Source of the DNA: Lentisphaerota bacterium
GTDB lineage: Bacteria > Verrucomicrobiota > Kiritimatiellia > UBA8416 > JAFGIZ01
Direction of reading: 5' to 3'
DNA length: 40,662 nt
NCBI GenBank assembly: GCA_016929365.1
Contig: JAFGIZ010000160.1
Coordinates: forward strand, 1-40,662
The notes beneath the pieces were generated by a model. That model made no database searches. It saw only the letters and a program-made list of their open reading frames with translations, and had not been told where the DNA came from. The position numbers and the translations under genes were made by a program. Shown one piece after another: positions 1 to 9,473 of the stretch (its first letter is position 1; the number at the start of each line of letters is the position of its first letter).

Positions 1-420
1 GCAGAATGGCGCACCGGCCGCACCGCGCCCTGCCTGAGCGTCCTCTGCCTCTGGAACACCCGCTCCCTGCCCGCCTCGCTCCTGCGGCAGAGCTGGACGG
101 CCGGGCGCTTAACCCCCGCGGAACAGCGCGCGGCGCGGGCCGTGCTCGCCGGCGGCCCCCTGCCCCGCGCCCTCGCCGCGCGCACCGGCCCGCCCCTGGT
201 CCATCCGCTCGACCCGCGTCACGAATACCGCGAATCGGAACACCGCATCATGCAGGACCTGCGCGGCCTGCCTGCCGCAGGCCCACCACAAACCGGAGAA
301 GACCTCTATGTCCGCAGCGACCCGCCCGCCCTGCTGCGGGCGGCCGAAACGCACGCCCGCTACGCCGTCAGGCGCACGCATCGTAAATCTCGCGGAGAAT
401 CATCGGAACATCGTACGTAG
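1..420 (+). CDS. 3' end of an unidentified protein-coding gene entering from the left edge (partial)
   Basis: Frame 1 is open from nt 1 to TAG at 418-420 and shows the strong G/C third-position bias of real genes here. The ORF track shows only the part after an internal Met (142..420). No domain recognised. The tail overlaps the convergent epimerase gene by about 50 nt. Confidence 0.4.
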   Translation, partial: AEWRTGRTAPCLSVLCLWNTRSLPASLLRQSWTAGRLTPAEQRAARAVLAGGPLPRALAARTGPPLVHPLDPRHEYRESEHRIMQDLRGLPAAGPPQTGEDLYVRSDPPALLRAAETHARYAVRRTHRKSRGESSEHRT

Positions 421-1423
421 GCCGCCAGTCCGGGTAATGCGCCCGGAACTTCCGGACACTGCTGACCCACCAGATGTGATCCCCGATCCGGGGCTCGTCC
501 CTGTAACACGTCTTCATGGCGCGTCCGGTGATCTCCTCGCACAAGGCTATGGCTTCCTGCATGGAGCAGTGGCTGAACCGGCTGCCGCCGATATTGTACA
601 CCTCACCCGGGCGCGGCCGGCGGTAGAAGGCGTCGAACGCGGCAATCAGGTCCGCACTGTGAATGTTGTCCCGCACCTGTTTGCCCTTGTAACCGTAAAT
701 CGTATACTCCCGCCCGCTGACCGCGCATTTCATAAGGTACGACAGGAACCCGTGCAGCCGCGTCCCGGAATGCCCGGGCCCCGTCAGGCAGCCGCCGCGG
801 AAAATGCCCGTCTTGATCCCGAAATAGCGGCCGTACTCCTGGGCCAGCAGATCGCCCGCCGCCTTCGACGCGCCAAAAAGGCTGTGCGTGGTCTGGTCGA
901 TGGACATGCTTTCGTCAATCCCGTGCGCGGCATAGGGGTGCGCACGGTCCAGCTCCCAGCGCGTCTCCTGCTCGATCAACGGCAGCCGGTTAGGCGTGTC
1001 TCCGTACACCTTGTTCGTCGAAACGTGAATAAAAACCGCCCCGGGACAATACCGCCGGACAGAATCGAGTAGAACCAGGGTTCCGTTGGCGTTTACGGTA
1101 AAATCCGTTTCCGGATCCGACGCCGCCCAGTCATGCGACGGCTGTGCTGCCGCATGAATCACCAGATCGATATCCGCCCCGTAACGGGCAAAAAGCCGGT
1201 TCATCGCTTCCCGGTCGCGGATATCCGCGTCTGCGTGCTCGTACTCCTCGAAGTCCGCTTCCAGGCGTCTGCGCTGCCACGCCGTCGAGGCCTCTGCGCC
1301 GAAGAACGCCGCCCGCATGTCGTTGTCAATACCCGCGACATGCCGCCCCCGGCCGAGATAGAACCGCGCGGCCTCCGCGCCGACCAGCCCCGCCGATCCC
1401 GTTACGATCACCACCTGCGCCAT
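368..1423 (-). CDS. NAD-dependent epimerase/dehydratase family protein (CDP-paratose 2-epimerase-like)
   Basis: N-terminal Rossmann motif [19 protein letters not shown] and the catalytic-type block FGASKAAGD (YxxxK region) are present, and overall layout resembles RfbE-type epimerases. Start moved to ATG 1423 (MAQVVIVTG), preceded by GGGAG 7 nt upstream. The ORF track start at 1453 adds 10 aa. Confidence 0.85.
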   Translation of the reverse strand: MAQVVIVTGSAGLVGAEAARFYLGRGRHVAGIDNDMRAAFFGAEASTAWQRRRLEADFEEYEHADADIRDREAMNRLFARYGADIDLVIHAAAQPSHDWAASDPETDFTVNANGTLVLLDSVRRYCPGAVFIHVSTNKVYGDTPNRLPLIEQETRWELDRAHPYAAHGIDESMSIDQTTHSLFGASKAAGDLLAQEYGRYFGIKTGIFRGGCLTGPGHSGTRLHGFLSYLMKCAVSGREYTIYGYKGKQVRDNIHSADLIAAFDAFYRRPRPGEVYNIGGSRFSHCSMQEAIALCEEITGRAMKTCYRDEPRIGDHIWWVSSVRKFRAHYPDWRPTYDVPMILREIYDACA

Positions 1424-1530
1424 CTTGAACTCCCGCGCTGCGTATAGTCCCACGCGCCGCGCCCTTCGGCAAGCTTCAACCCCGCCTTCCGGCTTGCCTC
1501 TCCGGGGCGGAGGGTCTACACTGCGGCGCC

Positions 1531-2226
1531 ATGCAGAAACTGTCGATTGTCATACCCGTTTACAACGAGGCCGACACACTCGAAACCATCGTCCGCCGCG
1601 TCCAGGATGTCGATGTCGGCCTGGACAAGGAACTCGTCCTGGTCGACGACGCATCCTCCGACGGCAGTGCCGGCGTTATGCGGAACCTGGAAGAGCGCCA
1701 CCCGGACTGGCGTTTCGTCTACCATCCCGCGAACCGCGGCAAGGGCGCCGCCCTGCGCAGCGGCTTTGCCGTCGCCACCGGCGACATCGTCCTGATCCAG
1801 GACGCCGACCTCGAATACGATCCGGCCGAGTACCCCCGGCTCCTCCGCCCCATTCTGGACGGGCATGCCGACGTCGTGTACGGCTCGCGTTTTCTCGGCG
1901 GCGGCGCGCACCGCGTGGTCTTCTTCTGGCACTACGTGGGCAACCGCTTCCTGACCACGCTCTCCAACATGATGACCGACCTCAACCTCACCGACATGGA
2001 AGTCTGCTACAAGGCCTTCCGGCACGAGGTGCTCGAGACCCTCTCGCTCCACGAAGACCGCTTCGGGTTCGAGGTCGAAGTGACCGCCAAGATCGCACGC
2101 GGCAACTGGCGCGTCTACGAGGTGCCCATCTCGTATTACGGCCGGAGCTACGCCGAAGGCAAAAAGATCACCTGGCGCGACGGCATACGGGCCGTCTGGT
2201 GCGTCTTCAAGTACCGCTTTGTCTGA
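1531..2226 (+). CDS. Family 2 glycosyltransferase (dolichyl-phosphate sugar synthase-like)
   Basis: [10 protein letters not shown] start, DDASSDGS, and QDADLEYDP (DxD-type) motifs typical of GT2 (DPM1/ArnC-like). Divergent from the epimerase gene. Confidence 0.85.
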   Translation: MQKLSIVIPVYNEADTLETIVRRVQDVDVGLDKELVLVDDASSDGSAGVMRNLEERHPDWRFVYHPANRGKGAALRSGFAVATGDIVLIQDADLEYDPAEYPRLLRPILDGHADVVYGSRFLGGGAHRVVFFWHYVGNRFLTTLSNMMTDLNLTDMEVCYKAFRHEVLETLSLHEDRFGFEVEVTAKIARGNWRVYEVPISYYGRSYAEGKKITWRDGIRAVWCVFKYRFV

Positions 2227-2307
2227 AATCACCGGCCGCCGCCCCCCCGAACAGGACCGGCTCGCAGACAGTCCCGCACAAAACCGGAAAAACCCTATAT
2301 ATTGGGG

Positions 2308-2336
2308 TTGCACGTGGCAGGGCTACATGATATAGA
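2308..2336 (+). promoter_or_regulatory. Candidate sigma70-type promoter for smc
   Basis: TTGCAC (2308-2313), 17-nt spacer, TATAGA (2331-2336). GGTGGAGGAG Shine-Dalgarno lies just upstream of the GTG start at 2360. Pattern match only. Confidence 0.3.
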
Positions 2337-2359
2337 CACAATGCAGGTGGAGGAGCGTC

Positions 2360-5300
2360 GTGTATCTTAAATCTCTGCAGATGACCGGCTTCAAGAGTTT
2401 CGCCGACAAGACACGGCTGGACTTCGAACCCGGCATGACTGCGATTGTCGGGCCGAACGGCTGCGGCAAAAGCAACATCTCTGATGCAATCCGCTGGGTG
2501 CTGGGCGAAACGAGCGCCAAGGCGCTGCGGGGTTCCAAGATGGAGGACTGTATCTTCGGGGGCACCGACGACCGCAAGCCGCTCGGGATGGCCCAGGTCG
2601 ATATCACGTTCACCGATTGCGAAGACGTTCTCAACACGGATTACCACGAGGTCACCGTGTCCCGGCGCGTCTTCCGTTCCGGCGAAGGCGCCTACTTTCT
2701 GAACAAGACACCCTGCCGTCTCAAGGACATTCAACGCCTCTTCATGGACACCGGCATCGGCACGTCCTCCTACTCCCTCATGGAGCAGGGCCGTATCGAC
2801 CAGATCCTCAGCTCCCGGCCCGAAGACCGCCGCCAGATTTTCGAAGAGGCCAGCGGCATCACAAAGTTTAAGGCCGACAAAAAAGAGGCCATCCGCAAGC
2901 TCGAGCACACGGAGGCCAACCTGCTCCGCCTCGCGGATGTAATCCGGGAAGTCAAACGCCAGATCGGCTCCCTGCAGCGCCAGGCGGGCAAGGCCCGGCG
3001 CTACCAGAGCATCAAGCAGAGCCTGCGCACCCTCGACCTGTTCCTGGCGCGCCGCACGCTGGCCGCCGCGGACGCGGAGCTGCAGGCCATTGAATCCGAA
3101 CTGGCGGAACTCAACACGCAGACCGGCCGGACGCGCCAGGAAGTCGACGAGATTGAAAAGGCCAGCGCCGCCCTCCGCACCGCCATGATGGAGACCGAAC
3201 GTGAAATTGCCTCCGTCCTGGAAGCCGGCGTTCAGGCCCAGAGCACCCTGGACCATACCCGCGAGCTGATCGGCCTGAACCGGCAGCGTATCGAGGAATA
3301 TGAAGTGTTGTCGCAGCGCGACTCCCGGGAAATCACCGATACACACCGCCAGATGGAGACCCAGCGCCGGCAGCAGGCCGAACTGGAACAGCGCCTCGCC
3401 GACGCCCGGCAAACCCGCGCCGGCGCCGAAACCGAGATGCGTACGGCCTCCGAAGCGCTGGAAACCCATCAGTCCGAGGTGAACACGGTCCGCGACCGGA
3501 TTCGCACCCTGCGCGAAGAATCCGTCGAAATGGAAAGCCTGGCGTCCCGCCTGCAGAACGAGATGATCGAGCTGGAATCCCGCGAACGTTCGACCGTGAT
3601 CCGGCGTGAACGGCTGGCGGCCGAAAAATCCCAGCTCGCACGCGTTCTCGAAGCCCGCGAAACGCGCCTGGCCGACGTGCAGCAGGCACTCGAGCGCCGC
3701 CGCGCGGAGGCCGCCGCCCGCGCCGAGGCCCTCCCCCCCTTGCGCCGGCATCTCGAGGAACGCCGCGCCGCCCTCGCCGAAACCCGTGCACGCGCGGGCG
3801 ACCTCCAGGCACGCTCCGCCGCCCTCGAGGCGCGCCTCCAGGTCCTGGAGGAAAAGGCTGAGGCCGGGGCCGGCATCCCGGCCGGCACACGGCTCCTGCT
3901 CGACCCCGGCAACCCCCTCGGGATCGAGACCGGATCCCTGCTCGGCCCCCTGGCCTCGCATATCGAAACCGATGCCGCACTGCGGACCGCCCTCGAAACG
4001 GTCCTGCGCGCCTGGCTTGACGGCGTGCTCGTTGCCGACGGCGCCACGGCCCGCCGCATCCTGTCCCTCTGGCGCAGCCGCGAGGAGGGACCCGGACGAC
4101 TCCTCAATGCCGCCGTCCCCCCCGAAGCCCCGCCTGAACCGCCCGCACCCGGCTGTCGTCCCTTCCTGGACGGCGTGCGCTGTTCCGATGTCGCGGCGCC
4201 GGTCGTACGCCGGCTCCTGGCCCATGTCTGGCTCGTCGACAGCCTGGAGTCCATTCCCGACACGCTCCCGGCCCACGTGTGCTGCGTAACGCCCGACGGC
4301 TGCCTGGTGCACGGCGCCCACGGGTTTGAATACGGGACGCGCGATACGGGCGGCGAAACGCCCCTCGCCCGAAAACATCTGCGCACCGACGCCGAAGACG
4401 CACTGGCCGCGGTCCGGACGGAACTCGAGAGCGCCTCCCGGCGCGCCGGCGCCCTCTCTGCGGAAATCGACACGCTCGAAGCCGGCCTCGAAACCGCGCG
4501 CGTGGAACTGGAAGCACACACGCGCAAGGCGGCCCAGACGGAGGGGGAACACGAGGTCGTCTCGCGCGAAACGGAGGAGGCGCGCCGGCGTCTCGAAACG
4601 GTGGCCTGGGAGTGCGACAATCTCGGCAACCAGGATGAGGCCGACGGCGAAACGCGGGAGACGATCGTCCAGCGGTCCGAAGCCCTGCGCGCCCGGCGCG
4701 AGCAGGCGGCCCGCGATATCAGCGAACGGACCCGGACACTGCACGACCTGGAAAACAGGCAGACCGCCCTGCAGTCCGCCGCCACGGAAGCCCGTATCCG
4801 CCTGGCCCAGGAAGACCAGACCCTCGAACACCTCGAAACACAACGTAACGCCGCCGCCACACGCCTCGCGGAACTGCAGAGCGCCGTAGACGGACGCACG
4901 GCCGGCATCCAATCCTATGAAGCGCGTATTGCCGGACTCCGCAAGGAAATAGAACAGGCCGAAGCCGGCCTCGCATCCCTCGAAACGGCCGTCGGCCGGC
5001 ATAAGGCCCGTTCGGAAAGCCTTCGCCGCAACCGGGAAAAACAGGCTTCCGAACTATCGGCTTTCGAAGCCCAGCTCGCGGACACACGCAACCGGCTGGA
5101 GACCGTGCACAACCGTAAATCCGAAACGGAAGTCCATTACATGGAATGCCGCATGCGCCGGCAGAACCTCCTGGACCGCGCCGCGTCCGAATACCAGGCG
5201 GCGCCCGAGGACATCATGGCCGCTCCCGAACCCGAATGGGAGAACGACGAGGCCCCGTCCGCGGAAGCGCTGGAAACCCAGATTGCCGAGCTGCGCACGC

Positions 5301-5932
5301 GCCTCGAGGCCATGGGGCCGGTCAACCTCGTCGCCATCGAGGAACACCGCGAACTCGAGGAACGCTACCGCTTCCTGACGGGACAGGAAGAGGATCTCGC
5401 CAGGGCCAAGCAACAACTCATGGACATGATCCGGAAGATCAACCGGACCACGTCCGACATGTTTCGCAACGCGTTCCAGGCCGTGAACGACAATTTCCAG
5501 TCCATGTTTAAACAGCTTTTCAACGGCGGATCGGCCAAGTTGGTGCTCGTGGACGAGGAGGACGTCCTGGAATGCGGGATCGAAATCATCGCGCGCCCTC
5601 CCGGCAAGCGGCTACAGAACATCTCCCTGCTCTCCGGCGGCGAGCGCACCCTTACCGCCGTCTCGCTGCTGTTTGCCATCTACATGCTCAAGCCGAGCCC
5701 TTTCTGCCTGCTCGACGAGCTGGACGCGGCGCTGGACGAGTCGAATATCGGGCGCTTTGTCAACGTCCTCAAGGCGTTCCTGCGCCAATCCCAGTTCGTG
5801 GTCATTACCCATAACCGCCAGACCATTGCCGCCGCCGAAACCCTCTACGGCGTCACGATGCCCGGGAAAGGCATTTCCCGCATCATCTCCATGCGCTTCA
5901 ATCCTCAGAGCCGGGAAGCCGTCGCCTCGTGA
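2360..5932 (+). CDS. smc: Chromosome segregation protein SMC
   Basis: 1190 aa. N-terminus [14 protein letters not shown]...[22 protein letters not shown] (Walker A). Long coiled-coil, Q/E/R/A-rich middle with a hinge. C-terminus has [18 protein letters not shown] (signature) and [12 protein letters not shown] (Walker B). GTG start with a strong RBS. Confidence 0.95.
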   Translation: MYLKSLQMTGFKSFADKTRLDFEPGMTAIVGPNGCGKSNISDAIRWVLGETSAKALRGSKMEDCIFGGTDDRKPLGMAQVDITFTDCEDVLNTDYHEVTVSRRVFRSGEGAYFLNKTPCRLKDIQRLFMDTGIGTSSYSLMEQGRIDQILSSRPEDRRQIFEEASGITKFKADKKEAIRKLEHTEANLLRLADVIREVKRQIGSLQRQAGKARRYQSIKQSLRTLDLFLARRTLAAADAELQAIESELAELNTQTGRTRQEVDEIEKASAALRTAMMETEREIASVLEAGVQAQSTLDHTRELIGLNRQRIEEYEVLSQRDSREITDTHRQMETQRRQQAELEQRLADARQTRAGAETEMRTASEALETHQSEVNTVRDRIRTLREESVEMESLASRLQNEMIELESRERSTVIRRERLAAEKSQLARVLEARETRLADVQQALERRRAEAAARAEALPPLRRHLEERRAALAETRARAGDLQARSAALEARLQVLEEKAEAGAGIPAGTRLLLDPGNPLGIETGSLLGPLASHIETDAALRTALETVLRAWLDGVLVADGATARRILSLWRSREEGPGRLLNAAVPPEAPPEPPAPGCRPFLDGVRCSDVAAPVVRRLLAHVWLVDSLESIPDTLPAHVCCVTPDGCLVHGAHGFEYGTRDTGGETPLARKHLRTDAEDALAAVRTELESASRRAGALSAEIDTLEAGLETARVELEAHTRKAAQTEGEHEVVSRETEEARRRLETVAWECDNLGNQDEADGETRETIVQRSEALRARREQAARDISERTRTLHDLENRQTALQSAATEARIRLAQEDQTLEHLETQRNAAATRLAELQSAVDGRTAGIQSYEARIAGLRKEIEQAEAGLASLETAVGRHKARSESLRRNREKQASELSAFEAQLADTRNRLETVHNRKSETEVHYMECRMRRQNLLDRAASEYQAAPEDIMAAPEPEWENDEAPSAEALETQIAELRTRLEAMGPVNLVAIEEHRELEERYRFLTGQEEDLARAKQQLMDMIRKINRTTSDMFRNAFQAVNDNFQSMFKQLFNGGSAKLVLVDEEDVLECGIEIIARPPGKRLQNISLLSGGERTLTAVSLLFAIYMLKPSPFCLLDELDAALDESNIGRFVNVLKAFLRQSQFVVITHNRQTIAAAETLYGVTMPGKGISRIISMRFNPQSREAVAS

Positions 5933-6741
5933 ACCCGGCACCCGACCCCGCGCCGGAGGCACTGCTCGCCTGCGCTGTGGAAGCGGCCCGCGCCGGAGGC
6001 ATGCACGCCCTGCAAAACCGGGCACGGCGCACCGAGTACATCTCCGTTTCCCGCCACGATATCAAGCTCCGGCTCGACGTCGAAAGCCAGGCCGCGGTCG
6101 AGGCGGTCATCCGGTCACGCTTCCCGTCTCACGCCGTGCTCGGCGAGGAGGACGCCGCGCCGGCGCCCGCCCCGACCGGCCCCGGCCCCGCCGGCTTCGA
6201 ATGGGTCGTGGACCCCATCGACGGAACCATTAACTTCTCTCACGGTCTCCCTCTCTGGAACACATCGGTGGCGGTGCGGCGCGGCGGCGCCGTCCTCGCC
6301 GGCGCCGTCTTTGTTCCCGCCTTCGACCACCTCTATACGGCAACCGCCGGCGGTCCCGCCGAACTCAACGGATCCTCGATCCGGGTCTCCGCCACCGACG
6401 CGCTGGAGCGGGCGGTCGTCTGTACGGGACTGGACAAGAACACGGAACCGGCCGGCCGCTCCTACCGCTACCTCGAGGCCATTGCGTCGGCCGCACAGCG
6501 CCCGCGCGTGACCGGTTCGGCCGCTCTCGACCTCTGTTTTGTCGCCTCGGGTTGCGCCGACGGCTATTTCGAGTCCGGCATCTACACCTGGGACATCGCG
6601 GCCGCCGGGCTCATCGTTTCGCGCGCCGGCGGGCGGACCGAAGTGCTCGCCCGGCTCGGCGGCGAACGCCTCAGCTTCCTGGCGACTAACGGGCGCATCC
6701 ACGGCGCCCTCAAGACCTTGCTTACAGGTCCGAACTGCTGA
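5929..6741 (+). CDS. Inositol monophosphatase family protein (SuhB/CysQ-like)
   Basis: Motifs LGEE, WVVDPIDGTINFSHG and YTWDIAAAGLIV are characteristic of the IMPase fold. GTG start overlaps the smc stop (GTGA). Confidence 0.85.
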   Translation: MNPAPDPAPEALLACAVEAARAGGMHALQNRARRTEYISVSRHDIKLRLDVESQAAVEAVIRSRFPSHAVLGEEDAAPAPAPTGPGPAGFEWVVDPIDGTINFSHGLPLWNTSVAVRRGGAVLAGAVFVPAFDHLYTATAGGPAELNGSSIRVSATDALERAVVCTGLDKNTEPAGRSYRYLEAIASAAQRPRVTGSAALDLCFVASGCADGYFESGIYTWDIAAAGLIVSRAGGRTEVLARLGGERLSFLATNGRIHGALKTLLTGPNC

Positions 6742-7186
6742 TATCCCGCGCCGCCCCCTCGCCTCCGGGCTCTCCGTCCGACCCGTAGGATATGATTTCG
6801 AAAGGTTCGCCCTCACGGCCGGGGACCAGGTAACTGTAGGGACGGCCCCACGGGTCGTCCGGCACACGCCGGCTGTCCAGGTACCCGCCCTCGCGATAGG
6901 CACGCGGGCGCGGCTCGCTTTCGGGCGGCGTGCACAAGGCGTCCAGCCCCTGGCGCGGCGCCGGCAACATGCCGTTGTCCATGTGATAGAGGCGCAAGGC
7001 CGTCTTCAGCGAGGCGATCTGCGCCCGGGCCGCCGCAATCCGTGCCTCCTCCGGACGGTTCGCCACGTTGACGCCCACGATCGTCGCCAGGATCGTGATA
7101 ATCAGAACCACGACCAGGATCTCCAGCAGAGTGAATCCGTCGGCTCCCGCCCGCTTCACGGGACAGACCGTCAGGTCTTTTTTCAT
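6722..7186 (-). CDS. gspG: Type II secretion major pseudopilin GspG-like protein
   Basis: Prepilin signal GFTLLEILVVVLIITILA, then the GspG body ...RAQIASLKTALRLYHMDNG...DPWGRPYSYLVPG...ISYGSDGEPGG. Start set to ATG 7186 (MKKDL), with GGAGGA 9 nt upstream. The track ORF extends to 7429 without support. Confidence 0.85.
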   Translation of the reverse strand: MKKDLTVCPVKRAGADGFTLLEILVVVLIITILATIVGVNVANRPEEARIAAARAQIASLKTALRLYHMDNGMLPAPRQGLDALCTPPESEPRPRAYREGGYLDSRRVPDDPWGRPYSYLVPGREGEPFEIISYGSDGEPGGEGAARDISSSDL

Positions 7187-9414
7187 AAGGCCAGTTCCTC
7201 CTGATTTGCGCTTTCCGGCGCGAATTTCCTGTACAATGCGTCCAGCTTGGCCAGATAATACGCGGTGTTCTCGTCCCGTTGCGCCGGGTTCCAATCCGCC
7301 GCCAGCTTCGCCTTCTCGTGCACGGCAACCCGCCGGGTTTCGCCCGTTACGTAATACGCCACCTGGTCTCCCGCGCGATAGTCGCGCTCCGAAGCCAGCG
7401 CCAACTCGTAGGCGGCGCGGCGCCCGCACTTCCCCGCGCCTACCTTGGCCGCGTACGCGTCCGGGGACTCCTGCAGCGTTTCCGTCTTCGCGAATTTCTC
7501 CACGGGCCAGTTCCCCTCGCGTAACGCCGTCTCGTAACGCGCTTTCAAGGCAGGCAGCTCCCCTTCCCGGCCCTCCAGGCGCAAACGCAAGAGGTCTTCC
7601 AGGAAGTCCCGCTGAAAAGGCTCCAACCCCCGCGACCTCAGGGCGCCGCCCTTCACGACCAGCTCGCCGTCCGGCGTCAGCAAGGCATAATTCTTCATTT
7701 TATAGCTGAACATCGCCTCGTACTCACCGTCAAACTCGACTTCGATCCCCTCCGGCAGCGCCTTCCGGAACGCGCTGCGAAACGCCTCCCGGCCCCCCGT
7801 CCGCGGCGGGACGAAGTATATGCCGTCGGTATCGATCTCAACCGGCTGCGCCCCATGCGCCTTGAGCCAATCGATCATGCAGACCAGCAGGTTCCGGCCT
7901 GCTTGGGTGACTTGCTCGGCTGCGCCGAAATCGCTGAAACGCGCCTGGGCAAATCCGAGGTAACCGTAGAACGCGTTAATCAGGATCTTGAAGGCGCCCT
8001 GCAGGGCCGCGTAGTAACGCCGGCGCTCCCCGCGGCGCGCCCGGTCCATCGCCCGCTTCGCGTCCAAACGCACCGTGCGCAACCGGTCCAGGAGATTCAA
8101 AAACACGTCCAGCTCATCCGTCCCGGGCCTGATCCGCCTTGCCAGCATCAAGGACGGATACAGGGAGCGCACGTCCACGTGGTGCACGTCCCGCACGACC
8201 CCCTCCGCAAAGAGATCCGTATACCCGCCCGCAAACGCGCGCGGCACGTCCGGGCGCGGCAGGGCGCGCCCCTGCCGCAGGTATTCCCGGATCATCAATG
8301 CGTCGATCTTGGCCGCCGCGCCCCGCACACAGACGGTCTGGTAACTGAACGGCAGCATGCGGGCCTGCAGGAAGACGCTGCGCGACAGCACCTCGGCCAG
8401 ACCGCGGGTCTCCGCCACGTCGTCCTGAACGTACCGGCATACCGTCCCGGGGTCCCGCGCGAACGTCTCGCCGATCCGGTGCCCGGGAATGAACGTGCGC
8501 TCCGGCGCGCTGAGCCCGAAATGGGCGGCCGCCTCTTTCAACCCGTACCCGCTGAGCACGCGGTGCACCGCGTCGTACGCCTGCACCAGAAACAGCGTAT
8601 CCACGACGTGACGTCCGCGAATCGAAAAGCGCTCGTAGCTCATCGTGCGGTCGCCCACACTGAACCGGCTGGCCCGGCGCGCCGGCACGCTGCCGTCCCG
8701 CCCCAGACCGAGCCGCACCCCCAGCCGCTCGGCGCGGCAAAAGAGGTACGGCAAGTCGAAATTGAAGATGTTGTGCCCCTCCAGTACATCCGGATCCCGT
8801 TCCGCAACGAGCTCCGCGAAACGCTCCAGCAGCCCCTTTTCGTCCAGGTCCGCCCCCGACAACACCGTGGTCCAGCCCCGACCGTCGCCCAGCCCGATCG
8901 CGATTATCCGATCGCCGTCCCGCTCCGGATTGCAGAAGGTGTAGCCCTCGCTGGTCGCGCATTCGATGTCGACCTGCATCCGCTCCAGGTCCTCGAACGC
9001 CAGCCCCAGCATCAGCGTATGGCCGCTGCGCATCAGGAATTGCTGGACCGGATCGTTGGGACTCCAGTACGGGGACTGCGGCGTGCCCGCCGTAAAACCG
9101 GTTTCTTCAGACATCCGCCGCAGCGCGCGGCGGCGCGCCTTCCAGGTTGGAAACAACGCCAGCCGGTTGAGCGGCCCGCCCCCGTCGAGACGCTCCACCC
9201 GCGGCGCCCCCCCGCCGGCCGCGAGCGCCTCCGCGCTGCATACGATAAACGACTCGAACGGCTCACGGCTCACCGACACGGACCGCCCCCGCCGTCGGTA
9301 GAGCGCCATAAGGTCCCCACCCGCGCGCTCCAGGTGTTCGACGGCAACCAGGCCCGGCGTGTCGTCGGCCCCGTACAACACGGGATCATGCACGCCGGCA
9401 TCCGCGCCCGTCAT
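7183..9414 (-). CDS. polB: Family B DNA polymerase (Pol II-type) with intact 3'-5' exonuclease motifs
   Basis: ExoI VDIE, ExoII NIFNFDLPYL, ExoIII YVQDDV. Pol motif A DVRSLYPSLM, motif B KILINAFYGYLG, motif C EIDTDGIYF. Start moved to ATG 9414 (MTGADAG), with GGAGG 4 nt upstream. The track start at 9477 is a TTG overlapping the lptD stop. Confidence 0.85.
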   Translation of the reverse strand: MTGADAGVHDPVLYGADDTPGLVAVEHLERAGGDLMALYRRRGRSVSVSREPFESFIVCSAEALAAGGGAPRVERLDGGGPLNRLALFPTWKARRRALRRMSEETGFTAGTPQSPYWSPNDPVQQFLMRSGHTLMLGLAFEDLERMQVDIECATSEGYTFCNPERDGDRIIAIGLGDGRGWTTVLSGADLDEKGLLERFAELVAERDPDVLEGHNIFNFDLPYLFCRAERLGVRLGLGRDGSVPARRASRFSVGDRTMSYERFSIRGRHVVDTLFLVQAYDAVHRVLSGYGLKEAAAHFGLSAPERTFIPGHRIGETFARDPGTVCRYVQDDVAETRGLAEVLSRSVFLQARMLPFSYQTVCVRGAAAKIDALMIREYLRQGRALPRPDVPRAFAGGYTDLFAEGVVRDVHHVDVRSLYPSLMLARRIRPGTDELDVFLNLLDRLRTVRLDAKRAMDRARRGERRRYYAALQGAFKILINAFYGYLGFAQARFSDFGAAEQVTQAGRNLLVCMIDWLKAHGAQPVEIDTDGIYFVPPRTGGREAFRSAFRKALPEGIEVEFDGEYEAMFSYKMKNYALLTPDGELVVKGGALRSRGLEPFQRDFLEDLLRLRLEGREGELPALKARYETALREGNWPVEKFAKTETLQESPDAYAAKVGAGKCGRRAAYELALASERDYRAGDQVAYYVTGETRRVAVHEKAKLAADWNPAQRDENTAYYLAKLDALYRKFAPESANQEELAL

Positions 9415-9473
9415 AGAACCTCCGTCAGGGGCCGCCCCGTCCGCGCCCCCGTTGGCTTCGGCGCCCCGCCCGC

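Noticed and set aside
308-1072. 254-aa plus-strand ORF
   Set aside because: It is antisense to the epimerase/dehydratase gene (Rossmann and YxxxK motifs on the minus strand).
2207-5002. 931-aa minus-strand ORF
   Set aside because: It lies entirely antisense to smc, whose Walker A/B, signature motif and coiled-coil are unambiguous. The product is G/A/R/F-rich low-complexity sequence typical of shadow ORFs in high-GC DNA. Several nested ORFs (3333..3980, 3469..4908 and others) were rejected for the same reason.
6813-7429. 5' extensions or alternative frames around gspG (171-aa and 235-aa readings)
   Set aside because: The prepilin leader and GFTLLE motif begin right after ATG 7186, which has a good RBS. 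The upstream extension is Arg/Gly-rich and lies inside the polB coding region.
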